Shown: positions 7,686-17,672 of the stretch, in pieces | How positions within the stretch are numbered: the first letter of the stretch is position 1 | Layout: the number at the start of each line of letters is the position of its first letter | NCBI GenBank assembly: GCA_964628155.1 | Contig: CAZVPE010000006.1 | Location: 291 to 64,290, forward strand | From: an uncultured Polyangiaceae bacterium | Lineage (GTDB): Bacteria > Myxococcota_A > Polyangia > Polyangiales > Polyangiaceae | Length of the DNA stretch: 64,000 nucleotides | Reading direction: 5' to 3' | The notes under the pieces: model-generated | Database searches by the model: none | Told to the model about the DNA's origin: nothing | The model's input: the letters and a program-made list of their open reading frames with translations, nothing else | Position numbers and translations under genes: made by a program

Positions 7686-10205
7686 TCACCAGTAGAGGGC
7701 CGCGTGCAGCATCCATGTTCTGGGCAAGCCAGGCGTGAAGCTGATGCCTTGCGGCGGGTTCGGGCCTTCACCCGGCAGCCGCGACTGAACGGCGAACTGC
7801 CCCTCCCGATAGGCGACATCGGCCAGGTTGAAGACGTCGGCGACGGCCTCGACGTTCTTCCAGCGTAGCCCCACTTCGGCGTCGAACACCGTGGAGCCCG
7901 TCTCCACGAGGCTGTAGTCGGGCAGGGCGGGCCGGTCGGAGATCGACCGCACGCGGAGCGAGCCGAGGATCCGGAATGGTCCCACGGGCTTGCGCACGCC
8001 GATGCCCGCCGAGAACGTCCGAATCGGAGCGTTCGGCAGGTAGACCGTGCCCGCGGCGATGTCGGCGGCGTCCGTGTACCGCGAATGAGAAACGGTCAGC
8101 GCGGCGTCGGCGAAGACGTCCTCGCGAAAGTGGTATCTCGCTGTGAACTCGCCTCCGTAACGGCGGGTCGGACCCGACGGAGACGTGGAGGCCGTGTCGC
8201 CGTCGTACGTCAGCTCCGAGGTGAGATCGAGCAAGAACCCGACGGCGGAAACCGACAGTCCCTCGACGGGCCGCAGAGCCGCCCCAACTTCGTATCCGGT
8301 CGCGGTCGCGATGAGCGTGGTCGCTGCCCCCGCGACGAGGGTGCGCCCGTCGTTGGAGTGGAATCCGCGTCCGTAGTTCGCGAAAAGGTCCAGCCAGGGT
8401 GCCGCGTAGACGATGGCCGCCGCCTTTGGGGACAGCTGAGCGGCGCCCCGCACTCCCGTAGCGCGGTCGACGGCAGTCTGGCTCTCGCTGGCGACGGCGA
8501 CGTCGATCCTGTCTTCGCGTGCCCCGATGACGAAACGCAGCCATTTGAGCGGACGGAAGTCCTCTTCGAACCACGCGGCGAGCTCCGTCTCGTTCACGGC
8601 GTCATCGACGATGGGACCCGGAATGTTCGCGTCGACGCCGTCGAGGCGCGTTCGAGCCTGCGTCCGGTGAAGCTGGGCCTCGATGGCGTCGTCGCGCAGC
8701 TGGAGACCGAAGGCCGACTGGACCGGAATTCCGGCGAGCGTGCCCCGATGGGTCAGTCGAACGGTGGCGCCGGCCTCGGTGCGGGTATCGTCCTGCTCGA
8801 TTTGCGATCCGTAGAGCGCCCCGTCGGGCTCGAAGGGCGCCGCGATTCCATCGTTGGGGAAGAGTTGCAAGTTGGAGCGCAGCGCGAACGCACTCGCGCG
8901 CAGCTCCCACGGCTCGTCGAACTGCCGCCGGTACGTCGTCGCGATCATCAAGCGCTGGCTCGCGCCGCCCTGCGTCGGATCGAACGAATCCCACCGGCTA
9001 ACGCAGTGCGACCCCGCGTACGCCGCGGGCACGGCCGTCCCGTCCCCCTCGCCGCAGACCGCGCGGGCGGGTAGGACGCCGGACGCGTTCCAGGACCCTC
9101 CGTATGCCATCACCAAGAGCGAGACGTCGCTCTGGTCGTCGAGAGCGCGCGTCGCTTTCGCGTAACCGTTGAAGCGCGAGAAGTCTTGGGGGTGGATGAA
9201 CGGCCCGTCCTCGTGGAAGACCTCGGCGGCGACGGCCAGGCGCCAGCCCGGCCCCAGATTGGGCGACTCGACCACCACCGCGCGGTCGTGACCGTACTGC
9301 CCGAGCTCGATGATCGCGACGCTCTCGGACAGGTGATCCGTCATGCGAAGCGTGACCGAGCCCGCGGTCGCGAAGTCGCCAATCCGAGCCGAGTACGGAC
9401 CCTTGGTGGAGTCGAGCGACTCGATCGTCTCGGGGATGAGGAAGTGGAGATCCGAGAATCCCTGGCCGTGCGCATGACTGACGGCGTTGATCGGGACGCC
9501 GTCCGCGAAGAAGGCGATGTCCGTTCCGTGGTCGGCGTCGAACCCTCGGAGAAAGTACTGCTGGGACTTGCCTCCGCCGCTGTGCTGGACCGTATAGAGA
9601 CCCGGCACGGCTTGCAGCACTCCCTCGGCGCGGTACCGGGGCATCCGCGAGAGCTCGGTCTGTGCGGTGCTCGAATCGGACGCGGCGATGCCAGGTGCCT
9701 CGTTCCGTTCGCCGAGGACGCGCACCTCTTGGAGCTCGGGGAGCAGCCGCGCCGGCGACGGTGCGTCGCGAGCGGGCGCTACCGCCGCGACGCTAGAGGA
9801 GCTGACCTCGGGAGTCGGCAGCGGGGGCGGCTGGAAGTCGTAGGAGAGCACGATCCTCGCGCGCACCGGCACGCCAGCCCTCTTGGCCGGTTCGAAGACG
9901 AACTGGCGGGCGGCCTCGAGCGCCGACTCGTCGAAACCGTGGCCCGCCGGTTTCGTGACTCGCGCGTCGGCGACGTGGCCTCCTTCGTCGACGACGATCT
10001 CGAGGCGCACCGTCGCCGAGAGTCGCTCGGGTAGCGCGGCGGCCGGATAGCGCGCATGAGCGTGGGCGCGCGCGACAGGTGGGGTCACGGGCGAGTCGGC
10101 CAAGGGTGCGCGTTCGTCGGCGGGCCCAGCCGCGTGCGCGGGAGTGGCCCCGAGCAAGGCCTCCAGCACCATGCACGCTTGGATGAACCGTCGCCGCGTC
10201 GGCAT
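7686..10205 (-). CDS. TonB-dependent receptor with an N-terminal TonB C-terminal-like domain
   Basis: 839 aa. The N-terminal segment YPAAALPERLSATVRLEIVVDEGGHVADARVTKPAGHGFDESALEAARQFVFEPA is TonB_C-like. It is followed by a plug (VQHSGGGKSQQYFLRGFDADHGTDI) and a long barrel ending in ALYW. Confidence 0.85.
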   Translation of the reverse strand: MPTRRRFIQACMVLEALLGATPAHAAGPADERAPLADSPVTPPVARAHAHARYPAAALPERLSATVRLEIVVDEGGHVADARVTKPAGHGFDESALEAARQFVFEPAKRAGVPVRARIVLSYDFQPPPLPTPEVSSSSVAAVAPARDAPSPARLLPELQEVRVLGERNEAPGIAASDSSTAQTELSRMPRYRAEGVLQAVPGLYTVQHSGGGKSQQYFLRGFDADHGTDIAFFADGVPINAVSHAHGQGFSDLHFLIPETIESLDSTKGPYSARIGDFATAGSVTLRMTDHLSESVAIIELGQYGHDRAVVVESPNLGPGWRLAVAAEVFHEDGPFIHPQDFSRFNGYAKATRALDDQSDVSLLVMAYGGSWNASGVLPARAVCGEGDGTAVPAAYAGSHCVSRWDSFDPTQGGASQRLMIATTYRRQFDEPWELRASAFALRSNLQLFPNDGIAAPFEPDGALYGSQIEQDDTRTEAGATVRLTHRGTLAGIPVQSAFGLQLRDDAIEAQLHRTQARTRLDGVDANIPGPIVDDAVNETELAAWFEEDFRPLKWLRFVIGAREDRIDVAVASESQTAVDRATGVRGAAQLSPKAAAIVYAAPWLDLFANYGRGFHSNDGRTLVAGAATTLIATATGYEVGAALRPVEGLSVSAVGFLLDLTSELTYDGDTASTSPSGPTRRYGGEFTARYHFREDVFADAALTVSHSRYTDAADIAAGTVYLPNAPIRTFSAGIGVRKPVGPFRILGSLRVRSISDRPALPDYSLVETGSTVFDAEVGLRWKNVEAVADVFNLADVAYREGQFAVQSRLPGEGPNPPQGISFTPGLPRTWMLHAALYW

Positions 10206-10345
10206 GGACAGCGCGTAACACGAAGCTCGAAATTGGTGCTACACGAAACGAAAGGTCAACATTCTCCGCAGATTCGACGACACGCTCTTCCCAGTGCACC
10301 AACCCCCTCGGCTCGCGGTCACATTTCCCTGGTACGCTGGACGTA

Positions 10346-11551
10346 GTGACCGACGCGCTCTCGGCGCGCATCTGCCCATGTCCGCGGTGCGAGGATACGG
10401 CGATGGCACCGCTCTCGATCGAGCGCGGGATCACCGTCGAGTTCTGCGACGCGTGCGGTACGGTCTGGTGCGACGCCCGCGAGATCGAGCGACTCGTGGG
10501 CGCAGCGGCGCACGTCGAGCCCGACGCGGCGACCGAAGTCGAGACGCGCGGCGCGCAGTGCCCGCTTTGCCCGAACGAACGGCTCGTCCATGCGCACGTC
10601 CGTGGTGCGTCGCGGCCGTTGCTCACGTGCCTGGCCTGCGGCGGCGTTCTGCTCGACCGCGGCGCACTGGCGGCGACCCGCCACGAGCTCGACGCGCACA
10701 TCCATGCTGCCGCGCGCCCGTGGCCCACTCCGGTTCCGCTCCCCGACCCGCCGGATGCGACCGGTCCCGACGACCCGCATCCGCTCGCCGCGGAGCGCTT
10801 CCCGTTCGATGACCCGCTCATCCAACTCTACGCGCTCCCCGCGGCGTTCGGGCTGGCGCTCTTGGCCACGTTCGCCGGCAGTCCCACGCCCACCTGGATC
10901 TTCGCCGATCTCCCGTCGATGGTGCTGCACGAACTCGGCCACGCCGTCACGGCCTGGATCGCGGGCCGATTCGCCGTTCCGATTCCGTTCTTGACGGTGA
11001 TTCGCGACGGCCGCAGTGCGACGGCGACCGTGGTCGTCCTCGGGCTCGCGTGCGGCGCCGTCTTCGCGGGGTATCGGTCCCGCCGCCCGGCACTCATCGC
11101 CTTCGGGGCTCTGCTCGCGCTGTTGCACATGGGCGCGTTCGCCCTTTCGGAGCCTCAAGTCCGCGAATGGTTCCTCTTCGGGGGCTGCGCCGGCCACATC
11201 CTCTTCTCGACGTTGCTCGTCGTCGCGTTCTACGTCCCCCTGCCCGACTGGCTCCGGTGGGATTTCTGGCGGTTCGGCGCCCTGCTCTTCGGTGCGACTG
11301 CGCTGCTCTATGCTGCCAAGATCTGGTTTCCGGCGGTGCGCGACGCGTCGCTCGTGCCGATGGGCAGCGCGGTTGGAGACAAGAAAGACGGGGACATGAG
11401 CATTCTCGTCGCCCGCTTCGGCTGGACGGCCGAGCGGCTCGCGTCTGTCTACGCGCAGCTCACGCTCGCCGGCATCCTGCTCGTCGCGTGCGTGTACGCG
11501 GGCGTGCTCGTGCGGGCTCGGCTGGCGAGAGCGCGGACGAGCCCTCGCTGA
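10346..11551 (+). CDS. Two zinc-ribbon domains fused to a polytopic membrane HExxH (M50-like) putative metalloprotease
   Basis: GTG start at 10346, which is needed to include CPCPRC. Two CxxC..CxxC ribbons are present (CPRC..CDAC and CPLC..CLAC). Then come five or more TM helices with HELGH in the first helix. Confidence 0.6.
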   Translation: MTDALSARICPCPRCEDTAMAPLSIERGITVEFCDACGTVWCDAREIERLVGAAAHVEPDAATEVETRGAQCPLCPNERLVHAHVRGASRPLLTCLACGGVLLDRGALAATRHELDAHIHAAARPWPTPVPLPDPPDATGPDDPHPLAAERFPFDDPLIQLYALPAAFGLALLATFAGSPTPTWIFADLPSMVLHELGHAVTAWIAGRFAVPIPFLTVIRDGRSATATVVVLGLACGAVFAGYRSRRPALIAFGALLALLHMGAFALSEPQVREWFLFGGCAGHILFSTLLVVAFYVPLPDWLRWDFWRFGALLFGATALLYAAKIWFPAVRDASLVPMGSAVGDKKDGDMSILVARFGWTAERLASVYAQLTLAGILLVACVYAGVLVRARLARARTSPR

Positions 11552-11602
11552 AAGTCACCGAGAGCTGGCTGCCGCGCGGAGGGAAGGATTCGACGCGACT
11601 TT

Positions 11603-13090
11603 TCACGTGCCGCAGAACGTCTTGTACACGCGCTGCTCCGGCCCCGGCGGCTCGGCGAGGTAGGCCAGGTCGGCTCGATGGTCGTAGGGCCGCCCGAGCA
11701 CGTCGACCAACGTTTCGAAAGGCCTGAAATCGCCGTGGCTCACTGCGGCCTCGATGGCCTGTTCCACGCGGTGGTTGCGCGGGATGAAGGCGGGATTGGC
11801 GCGGCGCATGGCCGCGGCTCGCGCGGACGGTGGATCGGCCTCACGGGCGAGCCGGCGGCGCCAGGCTTCGGTCCACGACCGGAACGAGTCGGGCTCGGTG
11901 TCGAAGAGAGACGTGAGCTCGGAGTCCAACGACGGGTCCGCCGCAGCCCCGCATAGCCTGCGGAAGAAGAGGGTGTAGTCGACCCGATGCGCGGTGAGCT
12001 GCGCGAGGAGGCTCTCCAGGAGGGCGCGATCGTCCTCCTCCTCGCGCACGAGACCGAGCTTCGCACGCATCACGTCGAGGTGCGCGCTCTCGAAGCGCGA
12101 CGGGAAGCGCTCGAGGCGCTCGGTCGCCAGACGAACGGCCTGCTCGGCGTCCTCCGAAATCAGTCCGAGCAGCGTCTCGGCGAGACGCGCGAGGTTCCAG
12201 AGAGCGATGCGCGGCTGATTCGCGAACGCGTACCGGCCGCCGTGGTCGATCGAGCTGAACGTCTTGGCGGGGTCGTACTCGTCGAGGAAGGCGCAAGGAC
12301 CGTAGTCGATCGTCTCGCCCGAGACGGCCGTGTTGTCGGTGTTCATCACGCCGTGGACGAAGCCGACCCCGAGCCAGAGGGCGATCAAGTGCGCCTGGCC
12401 ATCGATGACCCGTTCGAGCAGCGCCAGCGCGTCGTTTCCCGTTCCGGCCGCTTCAGGGTAGTGGCGCACGAGGGCGTAGGAGGTCAGCGTTCGAAGCGCG
12501 TCCTGATCGTCGCGCCCGGCGAAGAACTCGAATGTTCCGACTCGGATGTGGCTCGCCGCGACGCGGGTTAGCACGGCTCCCGGAAGCGCCTCGTCGCGAA
12601 GGACGCGCTCGCCGGTCGTAACCGCGGCGAGCGCACGCGTGGTCGGAATCCCGAGCGCTGCCATCGCCTCGCTGACGACGTACTCGCGGAGCACGGGACC
12701 GAGCGCGGCCCGCCCGTCGCCTCCGCGCGAAAAGGGCGTGCGCCCGGCGCCCTTGAGCTGGATGTCCCGCCTTCGGCCATCCTTGCCGACGACCTCGCCG
12801 AGGAGAATCGCGCGCCCGTCGCCCAACTGCGGAACGAACGAGCCGAACTGGTGCCCGGCGTACGCCAGAGCGATCGGCTCCGCGCCGGCGGGTACCACGT
12901 TGCCCGCGAGGATCTGTGCTCCGGCGGGTGACGCAAGGAGTTCGATGTCGCCGCCAAGTAGCTCCGCCAGCGGCCGATTGAGCTTCACGAGGCGCGGGTC
13001 GCTCGCGCGCGCGGCGGCGACGCGCGCGTAGAAGCGCTCGGGAAGGCGCGCGTACGTGTTGTCGAATGCGAACATGGTCTCTCTTGGCAC
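11603..13090 (-). CDS. selO: Protein adenylyltransferase SelO (YdiU/UPF0061)
   Basis: FDNTYARLPERFY N-terminus, AYAGHQFG, LGDGRA and HGVMNTDNTAVSGETIDYGPCAF signature. 495 aa. Confidence 0.9.
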   Translation of the reverse strand: MPRETMFAFDNTYARLPERFYARVAAARASDPRLVKLNRPLAELLGGDIELLASPAGAQILAGNVVPAGAEPIALAYAGHQFGSFVPQLGDGRAILLGEVVGKDGRRRDIQLKGAGRTPFSRGGDGRAALGPVLREYVVSEAMAALGIPTTRALAAVTTGERVLRDEALPGAVLTRVAASHIRVGTFEFFAGRDDQDALRTLTSYALVRHYPEAAGTGNDALALLERVIDGQAHLIALWLGVGFVHGVMNTDNTAVSGETIDYGPCAFLDEYDPAKTFSSIDHGGRYAFANQPRIALWNLARLAETLLGLISEDAEQAVRLATERLERFPSRFESAHLDVMRAKLGLVREEEDDRALLESLLAQLTAHRVDYTLFFRRLCGAAADPSLDSELTSLFDTEPDSFRSWTEAWRRRLAREADPPSARAAAMRRANPAFIPRNHRVEQAIEAAVSHGDFRPFETLVDVLGRPYDHRADLAYLAEPPGPEQRVYKTFCGT

Positions 13091-13132
13091 GAGTCGCGCG
13101 CCGCGCCCAGGACCGGGCGACGGCGGGGCGCG

Positions 13133-14179
13133 TCAGCAGATTCGCGGGAGCTGCTCTCCGGAGAGAAGGTCGAGCCATCGCCGACCGCCCAGCCGACCGC
13201 GGAGCACCACGCTGCCGCGTCCCTCGACGACGCGACCGATCACGACGGCGTCTTTTGCTACGGCATGACCGCGCATCGCCCGGACCGCAGCCTCGACGTC
13301 CTCGGGCGGGACGAACGCGACGAAGCGGCCTTCGTTGGCCACGTACAAGGGGTCGAGCCCGAGGAGCTCGCACGCGCCCTCGACCGCGCTCGTGACGGCA
13401 ATGGCCGTCTCGTCGACTTCGACGCAAAAGCCGGAGTCCATCGCGATCTCGTTCAGCGCGGTCGCCAGACCTCCGCGCGTGAGATCGCGCAGACAGTGCA
13501 CGTCGACCCCGGCCTCCAGAACGCCCTGGACGACCGCCGCGAGCGGCGCACAGTCGCTCTCAATCGACGTCTCGAACGCGAGCGACTCGCGCACGGAGAG
13601 CACCGCGATGCCGTGGCGGCCGACATCCCCGCTGAGAACGACGAGGTCGCCCGCTCGCACGCGCGCCGGGGCTATCGGGCGAGCGGCTGCGACAAGACCC
13701 ACGCCCGAGGTGTTCACGAAGCAACGATCGGCCTTTCCGCGACCGACGACTTTCGTGTCGCCGGTAACGAGCTCCACCCCCGCTTGCGTCGCGGCCTCGC
13801 GCATCGACGCGACGATTCGCCTCAGGTCGTCGAGCGGCAGCCCCTCCTCAAGAACGAATCCGGCACTCAAGAACGCGGGGCGGGCTCCCACCATCGCCAG
13901 GTCGTTCACGGTTCCGAAGACGGCCAACTTCCCGATGTCGCCGCCGGGGAAAAAAAGTGGGTCGACGACGTAGCTGTCCGTCGTGAACGCGAGCCGCGCG
14001 CCTCCGAGGTCGAAAACCGCTGCGTCGAGCCGCGCGGCGAGGGCCGGGTTGTCGAATGCCGGGAGAAAGACCTGTTCGAGCAAGCCGCGCGTCAGCCGCC
14101 CGCCACCGCCGTGCGCGAGCTGAATCGTCGCGCGCGGGCCGATCGGAGATGGGCACGTCAGGATGAAGTCGTCGGCCAT
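13133..14179 (-). CDS. hypE: Hydrogenase maturation carbamoyl dehydratase HypE
   Basis: Tail of ORF 13133..15010 from [13 protein letters not shown]-synthase-like fold motifs and the invariant C-terminal PRIC. Confidence 0.9.
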   Translation of the reverse strand: MADDFILTCPSPIGPRATIQLAHGGGGRLTRGLLEQVFLPAFDNPALAARLDAAVFDLGGARLAFTTDSYVVDPLFFPGGDIGKLAVFGTVNDLAMVGARPAFLSAGFVLEEGLPLDDLRRIVASMREAATQAGVELVTGDTKVVGRGKADRCFVNTSGVGLVAAARPIAPARVRAGDLVVLSGDVGRHGIAVLSVRESLAFETSIESDCAPLAAVVQGVLEAGVDVHCLRDLTRGGLATALNEIAMDSGFCVEVDETAIAVTSAVEGACELLGLDPLYVANEGRFVAFVPPEDVEAAVRAMRGHAVAKDAVVIGRVVEGRGSVVLRGRLGGRRWLDLLSGEQLPRIC

Positions 14180-15267
14180 GGTCCCATCCTCCGATAGCGG
14201 TAGTATGCGGCGCACGCACCTTCCGACGACACCATGGTCGCTCCCAGCGGAGTCTCGGGCGTACAGCGCGAGCCGAACGCCGGACACTCCGGCGGCTTCT
14301 TGAGTCCCTGGAGGATCAACCCGCTGACGCACTCGGTCGCCTCCTCGGCGACGACGTCCGCGACATCGAACTTGCGCTCGGCGTCGAACTCGGCGAACTC
14401 CTCGCGAAACGCGAGCCCGCTCTCGTCGATCCGGCCGATGCCTCGCCAGGGGCGGGCGACCACGCGGAAGACTTCGCGGACCATCCGGACGGCGAGCTCG
14501 TTGCCGCGGTCGCGTACCGAGCGCGCGTATTGATTCTCGACTCGTGCGCGCCCCAGCTCGAGCTGCGTCACGCACATGTGGATCCCCTGGAGGATGTCGA
14601 TCGGCTCGAACCCCGTCACGACGATCGGCACTCGGTATTTCTCGGCGATCGGGGCGTACTCGCCGGTGCCCATGATCGTGCAAACGTGGCCCGCGGCCAG
14701 AAAGCCGTTCACGCGGCAGGACGGCGACGCGAGGATAGTCTCCATCGCCGGGGGAACGAGGACATGCGAAACGAGGAGCGAGAAGTTCGAGCGCCCTTCC
14801 CTCCGGGCCTGAAATGCCGCCATGGCGGTTGCGGGCGCGGTCGTCTCGAAGCCCACGGCGAAGAAGACCACCTGACGCTCCGGGTTGGCCCGCGCGAGCG
14901 TGAGCGCATCCATCGGCGAGTACACGACGCGTACGTCGCCCCCGGCGGCTTTGACCCCCGCGAGGTCGTCTCTCGATCCCGGAACGCGGAGCATGTCGCC
15001 AAACGAACAAAAAATCACCTCGCGACGCGAGGCGACGGCGATCGCCCGATCGAGGAGCTCGACCGGCGTCACGCAGACCGGACAGCCGGGCCCGTGAACG
15101 AGCGTGACGCCGGGGGGCAAGAGCTCGTCGAGTCCGAATCGAACGATCGAATGGGTCTGCCCGCCGCAGACCTCCATGATGACCCAGGGGCGCGTGGCGA
15201 TCGCCCGGATCGCCACGGCGTAACGCCGCGCTCCGTCCGCGTCCCGGTACTCGTCGATGTGCTTCAG
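14158..15267 (-). CDS. hypD: Hydrogenase maturation factor HypD
   Basis: KHIDEYRD N-terminus, [14 protein letters not shown] and FETTAP motifs. Only a CTG (15265-15267) is available at the conserved N-terminus, overlapping the hypC stop. It overlaps hypE by 22 nt. Confidence 0.85.
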   Translation of the reverse strand: MKHIDEYRDADGARRYAVAIRAIATRPWVIMEVCGGQTHSIVRFGLDELLPPGVTLVHGPGCPVCVTPVELLDRAIAVASRREVIFCSFGDMLRVPGSRDDLAGVKAAGGDVRVVYSPMDALTLARANPERQVVFFAVGFETTAPATAMAAFQARREGRSNFSLLVSHVLVPPAMETILASPSCRVNGFLAAGHVCTIMGTGEYAPIAEKYRVPIVVTGFEPIDILQGIHMCVTQLELGRARVENQYARSVRDRGNELAVRMVREVFRVVARPWRGIGRIDESGLAFREEFAEFDAERKFDVADVVAEEATECVSGLILQGLKKPPECPAFGSRCTPETPLGATMVSSEGACAAYYRYRRMGPWPTTSS

Positions 15268-15515
15268 GGCGTCCCCCCGTCCGCGAGCTCGGCGAGGACC
15301 TCCATCTCGCGCAGGTACGAGAAGACGCGGGCCGCCTCCGCCTCGTCCAATCGGCTGATGGCGAAGCCGACGTGGACGATGACGTAGTCGCCCGCGTGCG
15401 CCTCGGGGACGTACGCGAGACAGACCTCTTTGACGATTCCTCCGAACTCCACGCTGGCCATCCGCAGATCGCCTTCGGTCACGTTGAGGACGCGGCCCGG
15501 GACTCCTAGGCACAT
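15264..15515 (-). CDS. hypC: Hydrogenase assembly chaperone HypC/HupF
   Basis: Begins MCLGVPGRV (invariant N-terminal Cys2). 83 aa. Confidence 0.9.
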   Translation of the reverse strand: MCLGVPGRVLNVTEGDLRMASVEFGGIVKEVCLAYVPEAHAGDYVIVHVGFAISRLDEAEAARVFSYLREMEVLAELADGGTP

Positions 15516-15570
15516 GGATCGCTCCACCTCTTCTGGATGGTAGCCGGCGCCACGTTGCTCGACGACGGCA

Positions 15571-15915
15571 TCACCCTTCCACGTCCATCGATTCGACCAG
15601 AATTCCGACGCGTCCGAGTAGCTCGCCGTCGGTGCTGCCGCAACGCGGGCAGAGGAGAACGTGGTGATCGGGAAGAAAGACGGCTCCGCACGCGACGCAG
15701 CGCGCCTCCACGTGACGCACCAGGAGATCGAGATCCGCGTCCTCGGCGATGGTGCCCCGGGCGAGGGCCCGGAAATGAAACGTGATGCTCTCGACGGAGA
15801 GTCGCTCGGTCTCGGCGATCCATCCCCGCACCGCGCGCACGCGGACGGCACCTTCTCGCGCGCCGCGATCGAGCACCGTCGCTAGGATTTGTTTGGCGAG
15901 CGACGACTCGTGCAT
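15571..15915 (-). CDS. hypA: Hydrogenase nickel insertion protein HypA
   Basis: MHESSLA N-terminus (MHE Ni site) and zinc site CVACG...CPRCG. 114 aa. Confidence 0.85.
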   Translation of the reverse strand: MHESSLAKQILATVLDRGAREGAVRVRAVRGWIAETERLSVESITFHFRALARGTIAEDADLDLLVRHVEARCVACGAVFLPDHHVLLCPRCGSTDGELLGRVGILVESMDVEG

Positions 15916-15917
15916 GG

Positions 15918-16373
15918 CTAGGCGTGCGCGAGGACGGCGCGAGCGGCAGCGGGGATCGCGGCCCGGACAGCCGGGGTCAGGCCGTGAACGAATCGGCGCG
16001 GAGGTGCAATGCGCACGCCGACGACCCAGATAGCGGGCGACAGCGCATCTGCCGAGAGGATCCGCGCAAGCGCAACCGCTTGGCCGATGTCCACGCCGTG
16101 CGTCGAGACGGGCCGCGGCCCGCGCGTCGGCGCGTCGAGCGCCTCCACTCCGAACGCAAGCACCTCGCCGATCACGCCTTGACCAACCATCGCGTCGACC
16201 AGCACGACGGGCCGAGGCGTCTCCAGTAGCGCAATCAGCGCTGTGGCCTCCCTCGCCACGAGGAGCTCGGTGCCCGAGGGCGCTCCGGTTTCGCGGATCC
16301 ACTGGAGGATGGCGAGCCCGACGCCGTCGTCTCCCGCGGCGGACTGCCCTAGCCCGATGACGCGCGTGCCCAC
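15918..16373 (-). CDS. Hydrogenase maturation endopeptidase (HyaD/HoxW family)
   Basis: VIGLGQSAAGDDGVG motif (GxGNxxxxDDGxG-like), 151 aa, immediately after the large subunit. Confidence 0.8.
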   Translation of the reverse strand: MGTRVIGLGQSAAGDDGVGLAILQWIRETGAPSGTELLVAREATALIALLETPRPVVLVDAMVGQGVIGEVLAFGVEALDAPTRGPRPVSTHGVDIGQAVALARILSADALSPAIWVVGVRIAPPRRFVHGLTPAVRAAIPAAARAVLAHA

Positions 16374-16376
16374 CGC

Positions 16377-17672
16377 CTACTCCCTCTCGATCCTCAGATC
16401 GATGAAATGCGTAGAGCAGGAGATGCACGGATCGTAGTTGCGCACCGCTTGCTCGGCTCTCCACGTCGCGTCCGCGAGGGGTAGCTCGGCGAGCGAAGGC
16501 GCCATCCGAAAGAGGTCTTCCTCGATCGTCTTCTGGTTCTGCGAGGTGGGCGGCACGATCCGCGCGTCGAGGATCGTCCCGCGCTCGTCGACGGCGTAGC
16601 GGTGGTAGAGGATCCCCCTCGGCGCCTCGGTACAGCCGTATCCGGTGCCCGCACGCTCCGGGGTCTCGACGAAGGGCCTCTCGGGGGGATCGTAGGCGTC
16701 GATGATCCGGCGCGCCTCGTCGAAGGCGTGAAGGACCTCGAGCAAACGCACGAGGATGCTCTTGAATGGGTTCCTGCAAGGAGCGACCAGCCCGATCGAT
16801 CGGGCCGCTTCGCTCGCCGCGTCCGAGAGGCGATCGAAGTTCAGATTGAACCGCGCGAGCGGCCCGCAAAAGTAGGCCCCTCGCTCGCGCATTCGAGCAT
16901 GGAGTGCCGTGGAGTACGGCACCTGCTCCTCGACGACGTGCGCGTCGAAATCGCGGGCTTCGATGTCGAGACCCGCGCTCGACGTGATTCGGCCGTCCAG
17001 CATCGGATATTCGCTCGGGTGCCGCAGTGCTACGAACTCGTAGTCCCGCTCGAAGTCCGGGAATGCCAGCGTCGAGGCCCAGCTGAGCGATTCGCGAACC
17101 GATTCGAGAGCCCAGTCGATCTCGGGTAGGAGCGCGCGGAGATCGGCCGCGGACGGTGTCTTGTAAAAGCCTCCGACGCGAACGTTGATGGGATGGATCT
17201 CGCGGCCGCCGACCCGCGCGACGATGGCGTTTCCGGCCTTCTTGATGCGCAGGCCCCGCTTGACGATCTCCGGATGATCCTTCGCCATCGCCAGCGCGTC
17301 GGGATAGCCGAGGAAATCGGGCGCGTGGAGCATGAAGACGTGAAGGGCGTGGCTCTCGATCCACTCGCCGCAATAGAGGAGGCGCCGCAGGCTCCGTATC
17401 GGACCTTCGACTCGGACCCCCAACGCATCTTCGACCGCCTGACAACTCGACATCTGATAGGCGACCGGGCAGATGCCGCAAATCCGCGCGGTGATGTCCG
17501 GCACCTCGGCGTAGGAGCGGCCGCGCAAGAACGCTTCGAAAAAACGTGGCGGCTCGAAGATGCGGAGCTCGACGGCGGTCGCCCGGCTGCCCTGGAGGCG
17601 GATCGTCAGAGACCCCTCCCCTTCGACGCGGGCGAGCGCCTCGACTTTGATCGTGCGTACGGTCTCGGTCAT
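16377..17672 (-). CDS. hyhL: [NiFe]-hydrogenase large (alpha) subunit, group 3b-like
   Basis: 431 aa. N-terminal ligands [10 protein letters not shown] and C-terminal DPCISCSTH, followed by a short cleavable tail FIDLRIERE. Confidence 0.85.
   Translation of the reverse strand: MTETVRTIKVEALARVEGEGSLTIRLQGSRATAVELRIFEPPRFFEAFLRGRSYAEVPDITARICGICPVAYQMSSCQAVEDALGVRVEGPIRSLRRLLYCGEWIESHALHVFMLHAPDFLGYPDALAMAKDHPEIVKRGLRIKKAGNAIVARVGGREIHPINVRVGGFYKTPSAADLRALLPEIDWALESVRESLSWASTLAFPDFERDYEFVALRHPSEYPMLDGRITSSAGLDIEARDFDAHVVEEQVPYSTALHARMRERGAYFCGPLARFNLNFDRLSDAASEAARSIGLVAPCRNPFKSILVRLLEVLHAFDEARRIIDAYDPPERPFVETPERAGTGYGCTEAPRGILYHRYAVDERGTILDARIVPPTSQNQKTIEEDLFRMAPSLAELPLADATWRAEQAVRNYDPCISCSTHFIDLRIERE

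Noticed and set aside
16377-17672. Selenocysteine-containing ([NiFeSe]) large subunit
   Set aside because: The C-terminal ligand motif reads DPCISCSTH with ordinary Cys codons, and there is no in-frame TGA.
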